A program made the translations under genes and the position numbers. From assembly GCA_963849325.1 (NCBI GenBank), contig CAWKHF010000004.1, positions 416,001 to 480,000 on the forward strand: DNA of 64,000 nucleotides, written 5' to 3'. Source of the stretch: an uncultured Planctomycetota bacterium (GTDB lineage Bacteria; Planctomycetota; Planctomycetia; Gemmatales; Gemmataceae). Within the stretch, counting starts at the first letter, position 1. Each line of letters begins with the position of its first letter. The notes beneath the pieces were generated by a model. It had not been told where the DNA came from and did not search any database. It worked only from the letters and a program-made list of their open reading frames with translations. Positions 1 through 14,010 of this stretch are shown in pieces.

Positions 1-18
1 CCCCTCAGGAGAGTCTCC

Positions 19-942
19 ATGCCAAGGTTCGTCAACCGGAAGTGCTGGCGTGGTTTCACGCTGATCGAGTTGCTGGTGGTGATTGCGATCATCGCCATCC
101 TGATCGGCTTGCTGCTGCCGGCCGTCCAGAAGGTGCGGGAAGCCGCCGCACGCAGCCAGTGCGTCAACAACCTCAAGCAGATGGGCCTGGCTTTGCAGAA
201 CCACCACGACACGTACAACCTCCTGCCCGCCGGTGGCATCAACACCGGCAACGTCGTGATGACCGGCGGATCGCCGGCGATCGGACAGGCCCAGACTTTC
301 AGCTGGGCCTATCAGATTCTGCCCTTCATGGAACAGCAAAACACTTACATCCTGGGCAATGCCGCGGCCAAAATCCTGATCAAACCCTACTTTTGCCCCT
401 CGCGTCGCAGCCCGACCCTCCTGGCCAGCACCGGCTTCGCGGGGTTCGACTATTACGCCAGCGGCGTTGCCCCGACCGGAGGGGCGGCCTCGGGCACCTT
501 CACGATTCCCGGCACGGGCACCACGACGCGCGGCATCATCTCTCCGAACAACATGGCTTGCGTCACCCTGGTGCAGATCTCGGACGGAACCAGCAACACC
601 CTCGCCGTCGGCGAGAAAAGCCTCTGCCCGACCCTGTTGAGCAGCGGCAATGACCACTGCGATAACGAGGGATACACCTGGGGGGCCGATTGCGGCACGA
701 CCACCTGCTGGGATAATAGCGTGGGCTGCCCGACTACCCAACCGGCGCAGGACCAAATGACCGCGCAGACTTGCATTGCAGGCCATTCCAACAGCGGCTT
801 CGGCTCCTCGCACCCCGCCAAGTTCAACGCCGCCTTCTGCGATGGCTCCGTCCAGAACATCAGTTACAGCGTGAGCACGACAGTCCTCGCGGAACTGGCC
901 GGCATCAATGACGGATATGTCATCGCCGCAGGCAGCTTCTGA
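19..942 (+). CDS. DUF1559 family prepilin-type N-terminal cleavage/methylation domain protein
   Basis: [48 protein letters not shown]-terminus; CPSRR, DGTSNT and H-x9-DG ([16 protein letters not shown]) motifs; AGGAG RBS upstream. Confidence 0.95.
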   Translation: MPRFVNRKCWRGFTLIELLVVIAIIAILIGLLLPAVQKVREAAARSQCVNNLKQMGLALQNHHDTYNLLPAGGINTGNVVMTGGSPAIGQAQTFSWAYQILPFMEQQNTYILGNAAAKILIKPYFCPSRRSPTLLASTGFAGFDYYASGVAPTGGAASGTFTIPGTGTTTRGIISPNNMACVTLVQISDGTSNTLAVGEKSLCPTLLSSGNDHCDNEGYTWGADCGTTTCWDNSVGCPTTQPAQDQMTAQTCIAGHSNSGFGSSHPAKFNAAFCDGSVQNISYSVSTTVLAELAGINDGYVIAAGSF

Positions 943-954
943 ATTTCGTCTCGG

Positions 955-1009
955 CCGAGCCTGAAGCGTAAGCGAAGAGTGCCGTTCTTCGCTTACGCTT
1001 CAGGCTCGG
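955..1009. repeat. REP-like palindrome, family B (CCGAGCCTGAAGCGTAAGCGAAG...CTTCGCTTACGCTTCAGGCTCGG)
   Basis: Near-perfect inverted repeat between convergent genes; second copy at 14054-14108. Confidence 0.85.
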
Positions 1010-1031
1010 ATCGGTTTCGTCCGCCAACGTT

Positions 1032-2213
1032 TTATTTCTCGAATTGAAGCGCTTCCTCAACCTCCTTGACCAACTCCGGCTCGGTGCGGCGGCGTTCGTC
1101 GAGGAAGGCGCGGGTGCTGCTGTCGTCCTTGCCGGACAGTGCATAGCGGACGATGGTGCGCTGCATGAGCGGAGCGTCATAGCCCTTCTTGCCGTACAGG
1201 GCGAGGATGTCGCGTGTGCGGTCGCGGACCTCCCAGCGGCGCATGTCCTCGACGGCGATGTCCGCCAGCTCGCCCTGACCGATCATGGCGTCCAGGCACT
1301 TGAGCACGTTGTCGCGGCTCTCGCGCGGCTGAGCACCGTGGAAGAAACTGACGGTGCGGGCCACGGCCAGGCGAACCGGCAACGGCTTGCGGCCGTCGCG
1401 CAGCAGCGAAGAAGCCAGCTCCCAACCCTCGCGCGGCCGCAGATGGATATAGCCGCCGAGGAGGCCGTCGTAGGCATTGACGGTTCGCTCGCTCGGGTCG
1501 TTCAGCAGCGAATGCAGGAAGCGTGCGTCGGCGTCGCTGCCGCAGGCGCCCAGGAGCAGAGCGTAAACGCTCAGGCGCTCCGCCGGCGTGTGCGTGTCCT
1601 TGAGCCAGCCACGCAGCTTTTCGGGGTCCAGCTTGCGGGCCAGGCGGGCGATGTCCTGGTCGCTGGCCTTGGCGAACTCCAGGAAGGCATCGCGGGCGAT
1701 CTCGGTGTCGGCGTTCTCCAAATAGCGGAAGAAGAAGAGCAGGTTGCCGGTTATGTCCTTCGGGTCGAGCTTCATGACCTGGCGGGCGTAGGCGACGGCG
1801 TCGGCGTTCTGGAGCGGCACGCCGCGGAACGGATCGAACTTGCCCTTGAAAATGTCGCAGAAGACGAGAAAGCGCGGCGGATTTTTGGGATCGCTGATGG
1901 GCAAATAGCGCTCGACGGTGATGACTTTCTTGCCTTCGAGCGCCGGGTCGGAGCGGAGGACGTCGGTGATGCGCAGGTCGGTGGTGCCGGTGCTGCCGCC
2001 GAGGCCCAGCCGTGGGTTTTCGGCGGTACCGATGAGGATGACGCGAGCCGTCTCCAGAGCGGCCTCCTGTCGGAAGGTCGGCGCCTGCCGCAGCGCCGCA
2101 CCGCACAGGCTGCATGCCCGAACCGAGGATGACAAGGTGACAAGGTGACAAGGTGACAAGGTGACAAGGTAAAGGATCGCCAAGGCAAACAGCGAAGAAA
2201 CGGCACGACGCAT
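1032..2213 (-). CDS. Secreted hypothetical protein (signal peptide then CxxCG, helical C-terminal region); paralog of 2256-3452
   Basis: Signal peptide followed by ACSLCG; shares CD(I/V)FKGK.DP.R, FF.YL.NAD.EI..DA..EF and ADxAVxDxR motifs with its neighbour. Confidence 0.8.
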   Translation of the reverse strand: MRRAVSSLFALAILYLVTLSPCHLVTLSSSVRACSLCGAALRQAPTFRQEAALETARVILIGTAENPRLGLGGSTGTTDLRITDVLRSDPALEGKKVITVERYLPISDPKNPPRFLVFCDIFKGKFDPFRGVPLQNADAVAYARQVMKLDPKDITGNLLFFFRYLENADTEIARDAFLEFAKASDQDIARLARKLDPEKLRGWLKDTHTPAERLSVYALLLGACGSDADARFLHSLLNDPSERTVNAYDGLLGGYIHLRPREGWELASSLLRDGRKPLPVRLAVARTVSFFHGAQPRESRDNVLKCLDAMIGQGELADIAVEDMRRWEVRDRTRDILALYGKKGYDAPLMQRTIVRYALSGKDDSSTRAFLDERRRTEPELVKEVEEALQFEK

Positions 2214-2251
2214 AGTCGAATTCTCCTTGTCACCTTGTCACCTTGTCATCC
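2128..2251. repeat. 8-bp tandem repeat (GTGACAAG)n arranged as an inverted pair
   Basis: About 5 copies of GACAAGGT at 2128-2170 and about 3 inverted copies (CCTTGTCA) at 2225-2251; same family at 9161-9249. Confidence 0.85.
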
Positions 2252-2255
2252 GCAG

Positions 2256-3452
2256 TCACTTCGCGGCGGCAGCGGGCGGCGTCTGCTCCAACTTCAGCAG
2301 TTCCTCGGCGTCGGCGACCATCTGGGCGTCCTTCTTGCGTTGTTCCCGTACATAGGCAGCGGCGGCCTCGTTGTTCTTGCAGCTCAGGGCGAAGCGCAGG
2401 ACGGCGCGACGCACGATCGGGATTTCGTAAGCCTTCGTCCGTCGCAGACCCAGGACGCGGTCGGTCATGTCCCAGCACTCGCGCTTGCGCAGGTCGTCCA
2501 CGGCCAGGTCGGCGATGTCGCTCTGGTCCAGCAGCACGGCCATGCCCGCCGTCCGTTCCTTCTTGTTCACCAGGTCCGGCCGCGAGTCCCACAGGAAGCG
2601 CACCGTCCGCAGGGCGGCGTAGCGGACCATGAATTCTTTCTTCTCATCCTTGAGGATGTCGCGCGTGTACTGCCAGCCCTCCTTGGGCTTGAGCATGACA
2701 TAGCCGGCCAGCATCCCATCGACACCGCTGCCGAGGCGCTTGCTGGGATCGTCGAGCATCTTGCGGAGCACCGCGGCATGTTTCTCCGTGCCGCAATGGC
2801 CGAGCATCGACGCATACAGGCCGTAGCGGAAGGCCGGCGTCTTCTCGTTCTCCAGCCACTTCACGATGCGCTCGGCCGGCAGACTTTTGGCCATATCGCG
2901 GTAGTCCTTGTAGTCGGCGTTGCCGAATTCCTTGTAGGCATCGTTGGAGATTTCCAGATCGGCGTTATCCAGGTAGTCGAAGAAGAAGCGCAGCCGTTTG
3001 CCGATGTTCTCGTCCTTGTGGGCCAGGGCGCCGAGCAGATACTTGGCCATGTCGCTGTCCTTGAGGGCCGGCTGCACGCGATAGGGATCAATCTTGCCCT
3101 TGAAGACGTCGCAGTAAACCAGGTAGCGATATTTATCGCCCTCCTGCGGCGGCAGATAGCGGTCCAACCGGACGACCTTGTTGCCGGCGGCGAGCGGGTC
3201 GCCCTTCTTGCCGACCAATTCGTTCTTGATGGCGGTTTCGACGACGAGGTTGGTGCTACCGTCGCCGTTATTGGCCTGCTGGTTCGGATTGGTCAGGGCG
3301 CCGTAGAGGACCATTTTGGCTTGACCCACCTCGCCCGTCAGCGTCGGGCCTTGCATGCCGCAGAAGGGGCAGGCACTCCCCGGTGCGGTCAGCAGCACCC
3401 CGGCGAGAAAGACGATCGGCAGGAGAAGAACACGTCGCGGCAGGCCAGCCAT
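2256..3452 (-). CDS. Secreted hypothetical protein (signal peptide then CPFCG); paralog of 1032-2213
   Basis: Start MAGLPRR with AAGGAG RBS, signal peptide, ACPFCG; motifs shared with neighbour. Confidence 0.8.
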   Translation of the reverse strand: MAGLPRRVLLLPIVFLAGVLLTAPGSACPFCGMQGPTLTGEVGQAKMVLYGALTNPNQQANNGDGSTNLVVETAIKNELVGKKGDPLAAGNKVVRLDRYLPPQEGDKYRYLVYCDVFKGKIDPYRVQPALKDSDMAKYLLGALAHKDENIGKRLRFFFDYLDNADLEISNDAYKEFGNADYKDYRDMAKSLPAERIVKWLENEKTPAFRYGLYASMLGHCGTEKHAAVLRKMLDDPSKRLGSGVDGMLAGYVMLKPKEGWQYTRDILKDEKKEFMVRYAALRTVRFLWDSRPDLVNKKERTAGMAVLLDQSDIADLAVDDLRKRECWDMTDRVLGLRRTKAYEIPIVRRAVLRFALSCKNNEAAAAYVREQRKKDAQMVADAEELLKLEQTPPAAAAK

Positions 3453-3710
3453 GTGCGGAAACTCCTTGCGCAAGGGACCCGAGCAGGAACCTTCTGTATT
3501 ATGTCGTCCAGGACGAGTCGAGAGCAAGGCAAACCCGCGGTGCTGCGATCGGCCGCTAAACACCTCGCCCTTCGCGTTGGTAGGGTTGGGCGAGTCGTCG
3601 GCGTCGGTGAACGCCGTACTGGAGACGAAAGTGTTGCCGTCTTGTGCCAGCGAGTCGCCGTCTTTGGTACCGAATAGGGTACCGTCGAAAGCCCTCTCGT
3701 CGTAAGTCAG

Positions 3711-3783
<73 letters not shown>

Positions 3784-3929
3784 TGCCCTGCCCTCTGAAT
3801 CCGGAGCGGACATCCACGAACACTCTCCGAGGAGTCCGCGAAGTCACCATGCGTAAGCGTACCGTATCCACGCTGCCCGACAAGCCCAGCCCCCCGATGC
3901 CCCAACTATGGACAACGATTCGTCTTTGC

Positions 3930-7288
<3,359 letters not shown>

Positions 7289-7381
7289 GGACCATTCTTT
7301 CCGTGACGCGACAGCCCTGCGTCGGGTCGTCTGCGGACAGACCCAATCGCCGCCCCGATCGACGTGCGGGGGTGGGGCCAG

Positions 7382-8361
7382 TCACGTCTTATCAGTTTGC
7401 GGTCTGCCCGCGTGGAACGCAAGAGGTTTAGCCGCGACGCGCAGCGGAGCGCGGGACGGTTCCGCGCTCCGCTGCGCGTCGCGGCTAAACGAAGAGTAGA
7501 TGCGCTTTAATTGCCGCGTTTGAGTGAGACTGGGGGGAGGATGTTCGCGGCGGGCGCGGTGCGCGCTCGTTTCGCGCAGCCCGGCCGAGAAGGGCGCGGG
7601 GATGTTGCCCGCCGGCGCGGGCTTCTCGTTCTTACCCGGATCGATCGTGCGAGGAGGCGGCAGCAGCAGCGGCCCGCCTTCCTCGGTCGGGCGCGGTGTG
7701 GGAGGGAAGCCGGGTGTGGGGTTTGTGCCCGGCGCGGCGGCGGGACGGCGGTTGGTGGGCGTTACGCGAACGGTGACGTCGCGGTCGGCCCCGAAGACGC
7801 GGCCATCGGGGAGCTGGAACTGAGCGCTGACGTGCAATCGCTCCGTGGACGGCCACACCTTCCACGGCAGGTTCACGACATAGGCGGTCGTCAGCATGCC
7901 ACTACGCCAGGACCGGCGCAGTTGATCGGGCGAGATCTCCCAGGACGATAGAGGGCGCTTGAGGCCTTCCGGCGTGATTTCCTCGGCCAGCACCAACAGC
8001 GCCCCGGCGCCTTGATGCTCTGGTTATCCGGGTCGCGCGGCTCGACCTGGACCTGGAGGGAGTCGTCGCCGGGACAGCTATAGCTACTGCGTCCGCCGGT
8101 CTGTCTTCCCAGCACAAGCGATTTCACCGGATAGGCAGCCGGTGGCGGGCCATCGGAAGGGAAACCGAGTTCGCCGCGGAGGGAACGAACTTCCTGCTGC
8201 AAGGTCTGGTTGTAAATGGAGGCGTGGTCCAACTCGTCGCGCAGCTCGCGCACGTCTTGCTCGCGGGCCCGCAGTTCGCGCTCAACCTGATGACAGCTAC
8301 GGCAACCACTGACCGCCGCAAGCAGCGCCAGGCCGACGTAGAATGCCACGAGGCGACGCAT
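7382..8361 (-). CDS. Putative lipoprotein, frameshifted near 8000; 3' end uncertain
   Basis: Lipobox-like LAAVSGC, coiled coil, then a beta-rich domain continuing in ORF 7382-7996; Pro-rich tail. Confidence 0.65.
7426..7490. repeat. REP-like palindrome, family A (GTTTAGCCGCGACGCGCAGCGGAGCGCG...)
   Basis: Inverted repeat; further copies at 8380-8445 and 11534-11598. Confidence 0.85.
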
Positions 8362-8379
8362 TTCTTCGTTCCGAGTTTT

Positions 8380-8445
8380 GTTTCGCCGCGACGCGCAGCG
8401 GAGTGCGGGTTTGTCCCGCGCTCCGCTGCGCAGTCGCGGCGAAAC
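8380..8445. repeat. REP-like palindrome, family A
   Basis: GTTTCGCCGCGACGCGCAGCGGAG...CTCCGCTGCGCAGTCGCGGCGAAAC, intergenic. Confidence 0.85.
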
Positions 8446-8450
8446 TTTGG

Positions 8451-9068
8451 CTAACTGGTTGGCGGCTTGGCGGCGACCTGTCCGGGCGGCAGACGCTCCA
8501 GGACGTGATCGACCAGGCCGTATTCCTGGGCTTCGCGGGCCGTCATGAAGTTGTCGCGGTCAGTGTCGCGCTCGATCCGCTCCAGCGGTTGGCCGGTCAT
8601 CTTGTGCAGCATCTCGTTCATGATCTTCTTGGTGCGGAGCAGGTGGCGCGTGCGGATCTCGATGTCCGTGGCCGGGCCGCGCGCTCCGCCGAGCACCTGA
8701 TGGATCATGACCTCGGCGTGCGGCAGGGCGTTGCGTTTGCCCTTGGTGCCGGCGGCCAGCAGCGTCGCCCCCATGCTGGCGGCCATGCCGATGCAGTAGG
8801 TCGCCACGTCGCAGGTGACGTAATGCATGGTGTCGTAAATGCTCATGCCGGCCGTCACCGAGCCGCCCGGCGAGTTGATGTACAGGTGGATGTCCGCCTT
8901 GGGATCATCGAACTGCAAGAACAGCATCTGCGCCACGATCAGGTTGGCGCTGTAGTCGTCGACCTCGCCTTGCAGGAAGATGATCCGGTCCTTGAGCAGA
9001 CGGCTGTAGATGTCGAAGACGCGCTCTTCACGACCGCTGCGCTCCACGACATACGGGACGAGTGGCAT
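8451..9068 (-). CDS. clpP: ATP-dependent Clp protease proteolytic subunit
   Basis: [37 protein letters not shown] and RDNFM motifs. Confidence 0.97.
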   Translation of the reverse strand: MPLVPYVVERSGREERVFDIYSRLLKDRIIFLQGEVDDYSANLIVAQMLFLQFDDPKADIHLYINSPGGSVTAGMSIYDTMHYVTCDVATYCIGMAASMGATLLAAGTKGKRNALPHAEVMIHQVLGGARGPATDIEIRTRHLLRTKKIMNEMLHKMTGQPLERIERDTDRDNFMTAREAQEYGLVDHVLERLPPGQVAAKPPTS

Positions 9069-9160
9069 GGCACCAATCTCCAGGCCAACCCGGCTCGCCC
9101 GATTCTTGATCGGCAGCCGGGTTGAGGAAAGATAAGTAATTTCCGTAACTCGATGACTGC

Positions 9161-9249
9161 GGATGACCAGGTGACAAGGTGACAGGGTGACAAGGTGACA
9201 AAGGTCTGTTTTGTCACCTTGTCACCTTGTCACCCTGTCACCTGGTCAT
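9161..9249. repeat. (GTGACAAG)n palindromic tandem repeat
   Basis: GATGACCAGGTGACAAGGTGACAGGGTGACAAGGTGACAAA ... TTTGTCACCTTGTCACCTTGTCACCCTGTCACCTGGTCAT. Confidence 0.9.
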
Positions 9250-9896
9250 GATTTCTTCTCGCTGCTGATCTTGGCCAGCACGTCATCGACCAGGCCGAAC
9301 TCCTTGGCCTCCGGGGCCGTGAAGTAGCGGTTGCGCTCGGTCTCGGCCTCGATCTGTTCCATCGGCCGGCCGGTGTGCTGGGCCAGGATCTCGTTGAGGC
9401 GCTTCTTCTCCTTGACGATCTCGTTCATCTCGATTTCCACGTCGGAAGCCTGACCGCCGATGCCCTGGCTCCAGGGCTGGTGGATCATGACCTTGGCGTG
9501 CGGCAGGGCGAAGCGTTTGCCCTTGGTGCCGGCCGCCAGCAGGATGGCGGCGCCGCTGGCGGCCATGCCCATGCAGTAGGTGGCGATGGGGCATTCGAGG
9601 AACTGCATGGTGTCGTAGATGGCCAGCGTGGCCGTCACCGAGCCGCCCGGCGAGTTGATGTAAAAGTGGATCTCCTGATTGCGATTCTCGTATTGCAGAT
9701 AGAGCATCTGCTGAATGACGAGGTTGGCCGTCATGTCGGTGATGATCGGCTCGTAGACGTTGCCGCTGGAGCAGCCGAAGAAGATGATGCGGTTGTCCAG
9801 CAGAATATCGTTGGTCCCGTACTGCCGCTGCCGCGTATATTCGCGGTAGCGCTGGCCGAGCGGACCCGGCGGGATGGGCTGGTCGAAGTTCAACAT
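9246..9896 (-). CDS. clpP: ATP-dependent Clp protease proteolytic subunit (second paralog)
   Basis: [23 protein letters not shown] motifs; tandem with clpP downstream of tig. Confidence 0.95.
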   Translation of the reverse strand: MLNFDQPIPPGPLGQRYREYTRQRQYGTNDILLDNRIIFFGCSSGNVYEPIITDMTANLVIQQMLYLQYENRNQEIHFYINSPGGSVTATLAIYDTMQFLECPIATYCMGMAASGAAILLAAGTKGKRFALPHAKVMIHQPWSQGIGGQASDVEIEMNEIVKEKKRLNEILAQHTGRPMEQIEAETERNRYFTAPEAKEFGLVDDVLAKISSEKKS

Positions 9897-9915
9897 CGCA
9901 TATTCCTCAATGCCT

Positions 9916-9980
9916 GGCGAGCGAGGGGCGTAAGCCCCCTGTTGAGCGCCTCAACAGGGGGCTTACGCCCCCGGCTCGCC
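9916..9980. repeat. REP-like palindrome, family C (GGGGCGTAAGCCCCCTGTTGAG...CTCAACAGGGGGCTTACGCCCC)
   Basis: Inverted repeat between tig and clpP. Confidence 0.8.
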
Positions 9981-9986
9981 GAAATA

Positions 9987-11514
9987 CTACGCATTCGGAG
10001 AGGCGGAGGACTCTTCCGCCTTCGGCGGCTCGGCCGTCGGGATCCTGCATCTCGCCGGGCACGGCCTGGGCCTCGACGGTCGAGACGGCCGGCTGATCCT
10101 CCTGGCCCAGCGACTCGTCCTCGTACTCGGCGCTGTCGAGGATCAGGTCGAGCGCCTTGCGCTCGATCATCTCGGCGGCCAGGGCGTCGATCAGGTCCTC
10201 GCGCTCCAGGCGAGCGCGAACGCGGCGCGGCGATTCGCCGTCCTGCTCGGCCATGCGCTCGATCTCGTCGTTCAGATCGTCCTCGCTGACGTCGATCTTC
10301 TCGACCTCGGCGATCTTCTGCAGGACGAAATGTTCCTTCAGCGCCAGGGCGGTGCTCTGCAAGATGTCCTGTTCGAGCAGGCGGCGGCGACCCTGGATCT
10401 CCTCGTCGGAGATGCCGTCGGACTTCATCTCCATGATCTTGCGGGCCATCGCCTTGTGGGCCTGGCGGCGCAGCAGGTCGGTGGGCAGCTCCCACGTCGC
10501 GGCGGCGTTGATGTGCTCGATCACCTGCTGGCGGGCCGACTGCCGCTGCTGATACTCCAGGCGGCGTTGCAGAACGACGCGGATCAGCTCGCGCAACTGC
10601 TCCGGCGAGTGGACGCCGAAGGTGTGCAGGAACTCGTGCGTCAACTCCGGCAACTGGACGGTCTTGACGTCCTTGACGGTCAGGATGCCCTTGACGGTCT
10701 TGCCGCGCAGGTCGGCGTCGGCGGCGGCGCTGGACAGCATGATGTCCACCTCGCGCGTGTCGCCGGCCTTGGCGCCCTTGACCTGCTCGGCGAAGTTCTC
10801 GGCCACGCCGTCCTTGAAGGCCAGCTGCTTGTTGACGCGGAACGTCACCTCGTCGAGCTTGCCGATCTGGCGGTCGCCGTCGCGGACGACCATGTCGGCG
10901 ACGAGCAGGTCGCCAAGCTGGGCGTCGCCCTCGGGCTTGGGCACGACCTGGCCGTAAGGCGTCAGCAGCCGCCGCTCCTCCTGGGCCACCTCGTCGTCGG
11001 TGAAGGTGTGGACGGACGGCGCAGCTTCAGACCCTTGTAGTTGGGCAGGTCGAACTGCGGCCGGACCTCGACCTCGAACTCGTAGACGAGCGGCGCCTTG
11101 CCGCGGCAGCTCGATGTTGGCCGGATCGATGTCGGGAGCGCTGAGCGGGGCGATGTCGTGGTCCTCGGCCAGCTGTTCCAGGCTGGCCAGCAGGACCTCG
11201 CTCTTGACCTGATCGCCGACTTCCTTCTGGAAGCGGCGCTCGACGATCTTGCGCGGCGCCTTGCCGGGCCGGAAGCCGGCGACGTTGGCGTCGGCGACCA
11301 GTTCGCTGAACTTCTCGCCGAAGCGATCGTCGATGTCCTTGCGCTCGACGGTGACCTTGATGTGCTTCTTGCACGGCCCAACGTCGCGGATCTCGACGGT
11401 CTGATGCAGCTTGGCCGGCTCCTCCGCGGTGGCGGTGCCCGTCTCCGCGCCGTGCTCCTCGGCGTGTTCGTGCGCGGTCGAGGGAGTGTCTTCCGATGGT
11501 TTTTCGTCAGCCAT
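9987..11514 (-). CDS. tig: Trigger factor (apparent frameshifts near 11030-11100 and near the C-terminus)
   Basis: GFRPGKAP ribosome-binding signature; YEFEVEVRPQFDLPNYKGL in an alternate frame; tig-clpP synteny. Confidence 0.92.
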
Positions 11515-11533
11515 GATTTCCTGCTTTCCTCTC

Positions 11534-11598
11534 GTTTAGCCGCGAGGCGCAGCGAAGCACGCGACAGACTCGCGCTCCGCTGCGCGTCGCGGCTAAAC
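11534..11598. repeat. REP-like palindrome, family A
   Basis: GTTTAGCCGCGAGGCGCAGCG...CGCTGCGCGTCGCGGCTAAAC upstream of tig. Confidence 0.85.
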
Positions 11599-11872
11599 CG
11601 GGAACTTGTTCTTGGGACAAGTCCTTAGCCGAAACAATTCCCCGAACGGAGGCACGCCCGGATGGGATTCATCCGAGGGCCGTGCGTCAAGGGATTGATG
11701 TATTCTAGGCGTCGGCGAGCAAGAAAGAAGGCCCGAAAGAGAACGCCGGACGAAGCCGGCGCCGTCGGCCCTACGGACACTTCCTTGACCGCCTCCGCTG
11801 CCGATGCTAGGGTTTGGCCGCGGACCCGTCTGCCGCTCAGCGGGCCCCCAACCTCCTCCGAGGGCCGCGAGC

Positions 11873-12562
11873 ATGGCCGGAAAAAAGCCGATCCTTATCG
11901 TGGGCACCGGCGAGTTCGCCGAGATCGCCTACGAGTATTTTACCGTCGATTCTCCCTACGAAGTCGTCGCCTTCACGGTCGAGCGCGGCTACCTGCGCGA
12001 GGATCGACTGTTCGAGTTGCCGGTCGTGCCCTTCGACGAGGTTGAAAGTCGCTACGACCCCGCGACACATGGAATGTTCGCCGCCTTCCTGTTCAGCCAG
12101 CTCAACCGCGTGCGCACGCGCCTTTACCGTGCCGTCAAGGCCAAGGGCTACACACCCGTTTCTTACGTCAGCTCGCACGCCTTCGTCTGGCGGAACGCGA
12201 AGATCGGCGAAAACTGCTTCGTCTTCGAGAACAACGTGATCCAGTATCACGTCGAGATCGGCAACAATGTCGTGCTTTGGAGCGGCAACCACATCGGCCA
12301 CCGCACCGTCATCCGCGACAACTGCTTCGTGTCGTCGCACGTCGTCATCTCCGGCTATTGCGACGTGGACGAGAACTGCTTTTTCGGCGTCAACAGCTGC
12401 ATCGGCGATAAGGTGAAGATCGTGCGCGACAGCGTCATCGGCGCCGGCGCGGTGGTAGTGCGGGACACGGAGGAAGGGAAAGTTTACAAGGGCGACCGGC
12501 AGCCGCCGGCCCGCATCGGCAGTCTCGACCTGTTCAAGGTCAAGGAGGAGACGGCCGGATGA
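11873..12562 (+). CDS. Sugar O-acyltransferase, NeuD/PglD-like hexapeptide-repeat acetyltransferase
   Basis: N-terminal Rossmann-like ILIVGTG, then left-handed beta-helix hexapeptides (IGENCF, IGNNVV, IGHRTV). Confidence 0.85.
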   Translation: MAGKKPILIVGTGEFAEIAYEYFTVDSPYEVVAFTVERGYLREDRLFELPVVPFDEVESRYDPATHGMFAAFLFSQLNRVRTRLYRAVKAKGYTPVSYVSSHAFVWRNAKIGENCFVFENNVIQYHVEIGNNVVLWSGNHIGHRTVIRDNCFVSSHVVISGYCDVDENCFFGVNSCIGDKVKIVRDSVIGAGAVVVRDTEEGKVYKGDRQPPARIGSLDLFKVKEETAG

Positions 12563-12687
12563 AGCCGCCCCTCTACGGATCGTTGCGAAAAAACTAAACT
12601 GACGGAAGCAGGATGCGGCGGGCAAGCCCGGTACGGATCGCCCGTTGTCTTGTCTTCATTTGCGCAACGATCCGTAAGGAGCCCTTC

Positions 12688-14010
12688 ATGAGTGTGAACC
12701 TCGACGATACGGTGGACGTTGTCGTCATCGGCGGCGGGCCGGCCGGCAGCACGGTCTCGACCCTGCTCGCCCAGCGCGGCCGCAAGGTCCAACTCTTCGA
12801 GCGCGACCGCTTCCCGCGCTTCCACATCGGCGAATCGCTCATCCCGGAGACGTACTGGGTTTTCCAGCGTCTGAAGATGCTCGACAAGATGAAGGCCAGC
12901 CCCTTCGTCAAGAAGTACAGCGTCCAGTTCGTCAACGCCCGCGGCAAGGAGTCGGCCCCGTTCTATTTCCACGACAACAAGCCGCACGAGTGCTCGCAGA
13001 CGTGGCAGGTGATCCGCAGCGAGTTCGACACGATGATGCTCGACAACGCCCGCGAGCAGGGCGTCGAGGTCCATCAACCGGCCCGCGTGCTGGAAGTCCT
13101 CTTCGACGGCGACCGGGCCGTCGGCGTGCGCGTGCAGGCGGAGGACGGTACGACGCGCGAGGTGCGGGCGAAGGTGGTGGTGGATGCCAGCGGCCAAAGC
13201 ACGATGCTGCAAAATCGCTTCAAGCTGCGGCTGTGGGATCCGGTGCTGAACAAGGGGGCCATCTGGACGTACTGGCAGGGCGCCTACCGCGACAGCGGCC
13301 GCGATGAAGGCGCCACCGTCGTCATCCAAACGACCAACAAGAAAGGCTGGTGGTGGTACATCCCGCAACACGACGACACGATCAGCGTCGGCGTGGTGGC
13401 ACCGTTTGAGTATCTGTTCAAAGGCCGCGGCGGCCACGAGCAGACCTACGAGGAGGAGGTCGCCGCCTGCCCGGCCGTGCAGAAGCGCATCGCGGAGGCC
13501 CGCCGCGCCACCGGCTACTATGCGACCAAGGACTACTCGTATCGCTCCAAACAGGTGGCCGGCGACGGCTGGGTGCTGATCGGCGACGCCTTCGGCTTCC
13601 TCGATCCGCTGTACTCCTCCGGCGTCCTGCTGGCGCTGAAGTCGGGGGAGTTGGCCGCCGACGCCATTGCCGACGGGCTGGCCAAGGGCGACGTCTCCGC
13701 CGCCCAACTCGGACGCTGGGGCGACCTGTTCAACAAGGGCATCGATCGCATGCGCCGTCTGGTCTGCGAATACTACGATGGCTTCAGCTTCGGCCGGTTC
13801 GTCAAGGAATACCCGCACCTGCGCGGCAAGATCACCGATCTGCTCATCGGCGACCTGTTCACCGACAAGGTCGATGAGGTGTGGGGACCGATGGAATCGC
13901 TCTATCCGCCCCAGAAGAAGGCCATCCCGACCTGGGAGCAGGGAATTGCGGCCGAAGCCGCCGGCGACAAGGTGAACGAACTGTACCTCCCGCCGGGGGA
14001 ATCGCGATGA
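12688..14010 (+). CDS. FAD-dependent oxidoreductase, flavin-dependent halogenase-like
   Basis: GGGPAG, FPRFHIGESL, WWWYIP and IGDAFGFLDPLYSSGV motifs; AAGGAG RBS. Confidence 0.88.
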   Translation: MSVNLDDTVDVVVIGGGPAGSTVSTLLAQRGRKVQLFERDRFPRFHIGESLIPETYWVFQRLKMLDKMKASPFVKKYSVQFVNARGKESAPFYFHDNKPHECSQTWQVIRSEFDTMMLDNAREQGVEVHQPARVLEVLFDGDRAVGVRVQAEDGTTREVRAKVVVDASGQSTMLQNRFKLRLWDPVLNKGAIWTYWQGAYRDSGRDEGATVVIQTTNKKGWWWYIPQHDDTISVGVVAPFEYLFKGRGGHEQTYEEEVAACPAVQKRIAEARRATGYYATKDYSYRSKQVAGDGWVLIGDAFGFLDPLYSSGVLLALKSGELAADAIADGLAKGDVSAAQLGRWGDLFNKGIDRMRRLVCEYYDGFSFGRFVKEYPHLRGKITDLLIGDLFTDKVDEVWGPMESLYPPQKKAIPTWEQGIAAEAAGDKVNELYLPPGESR

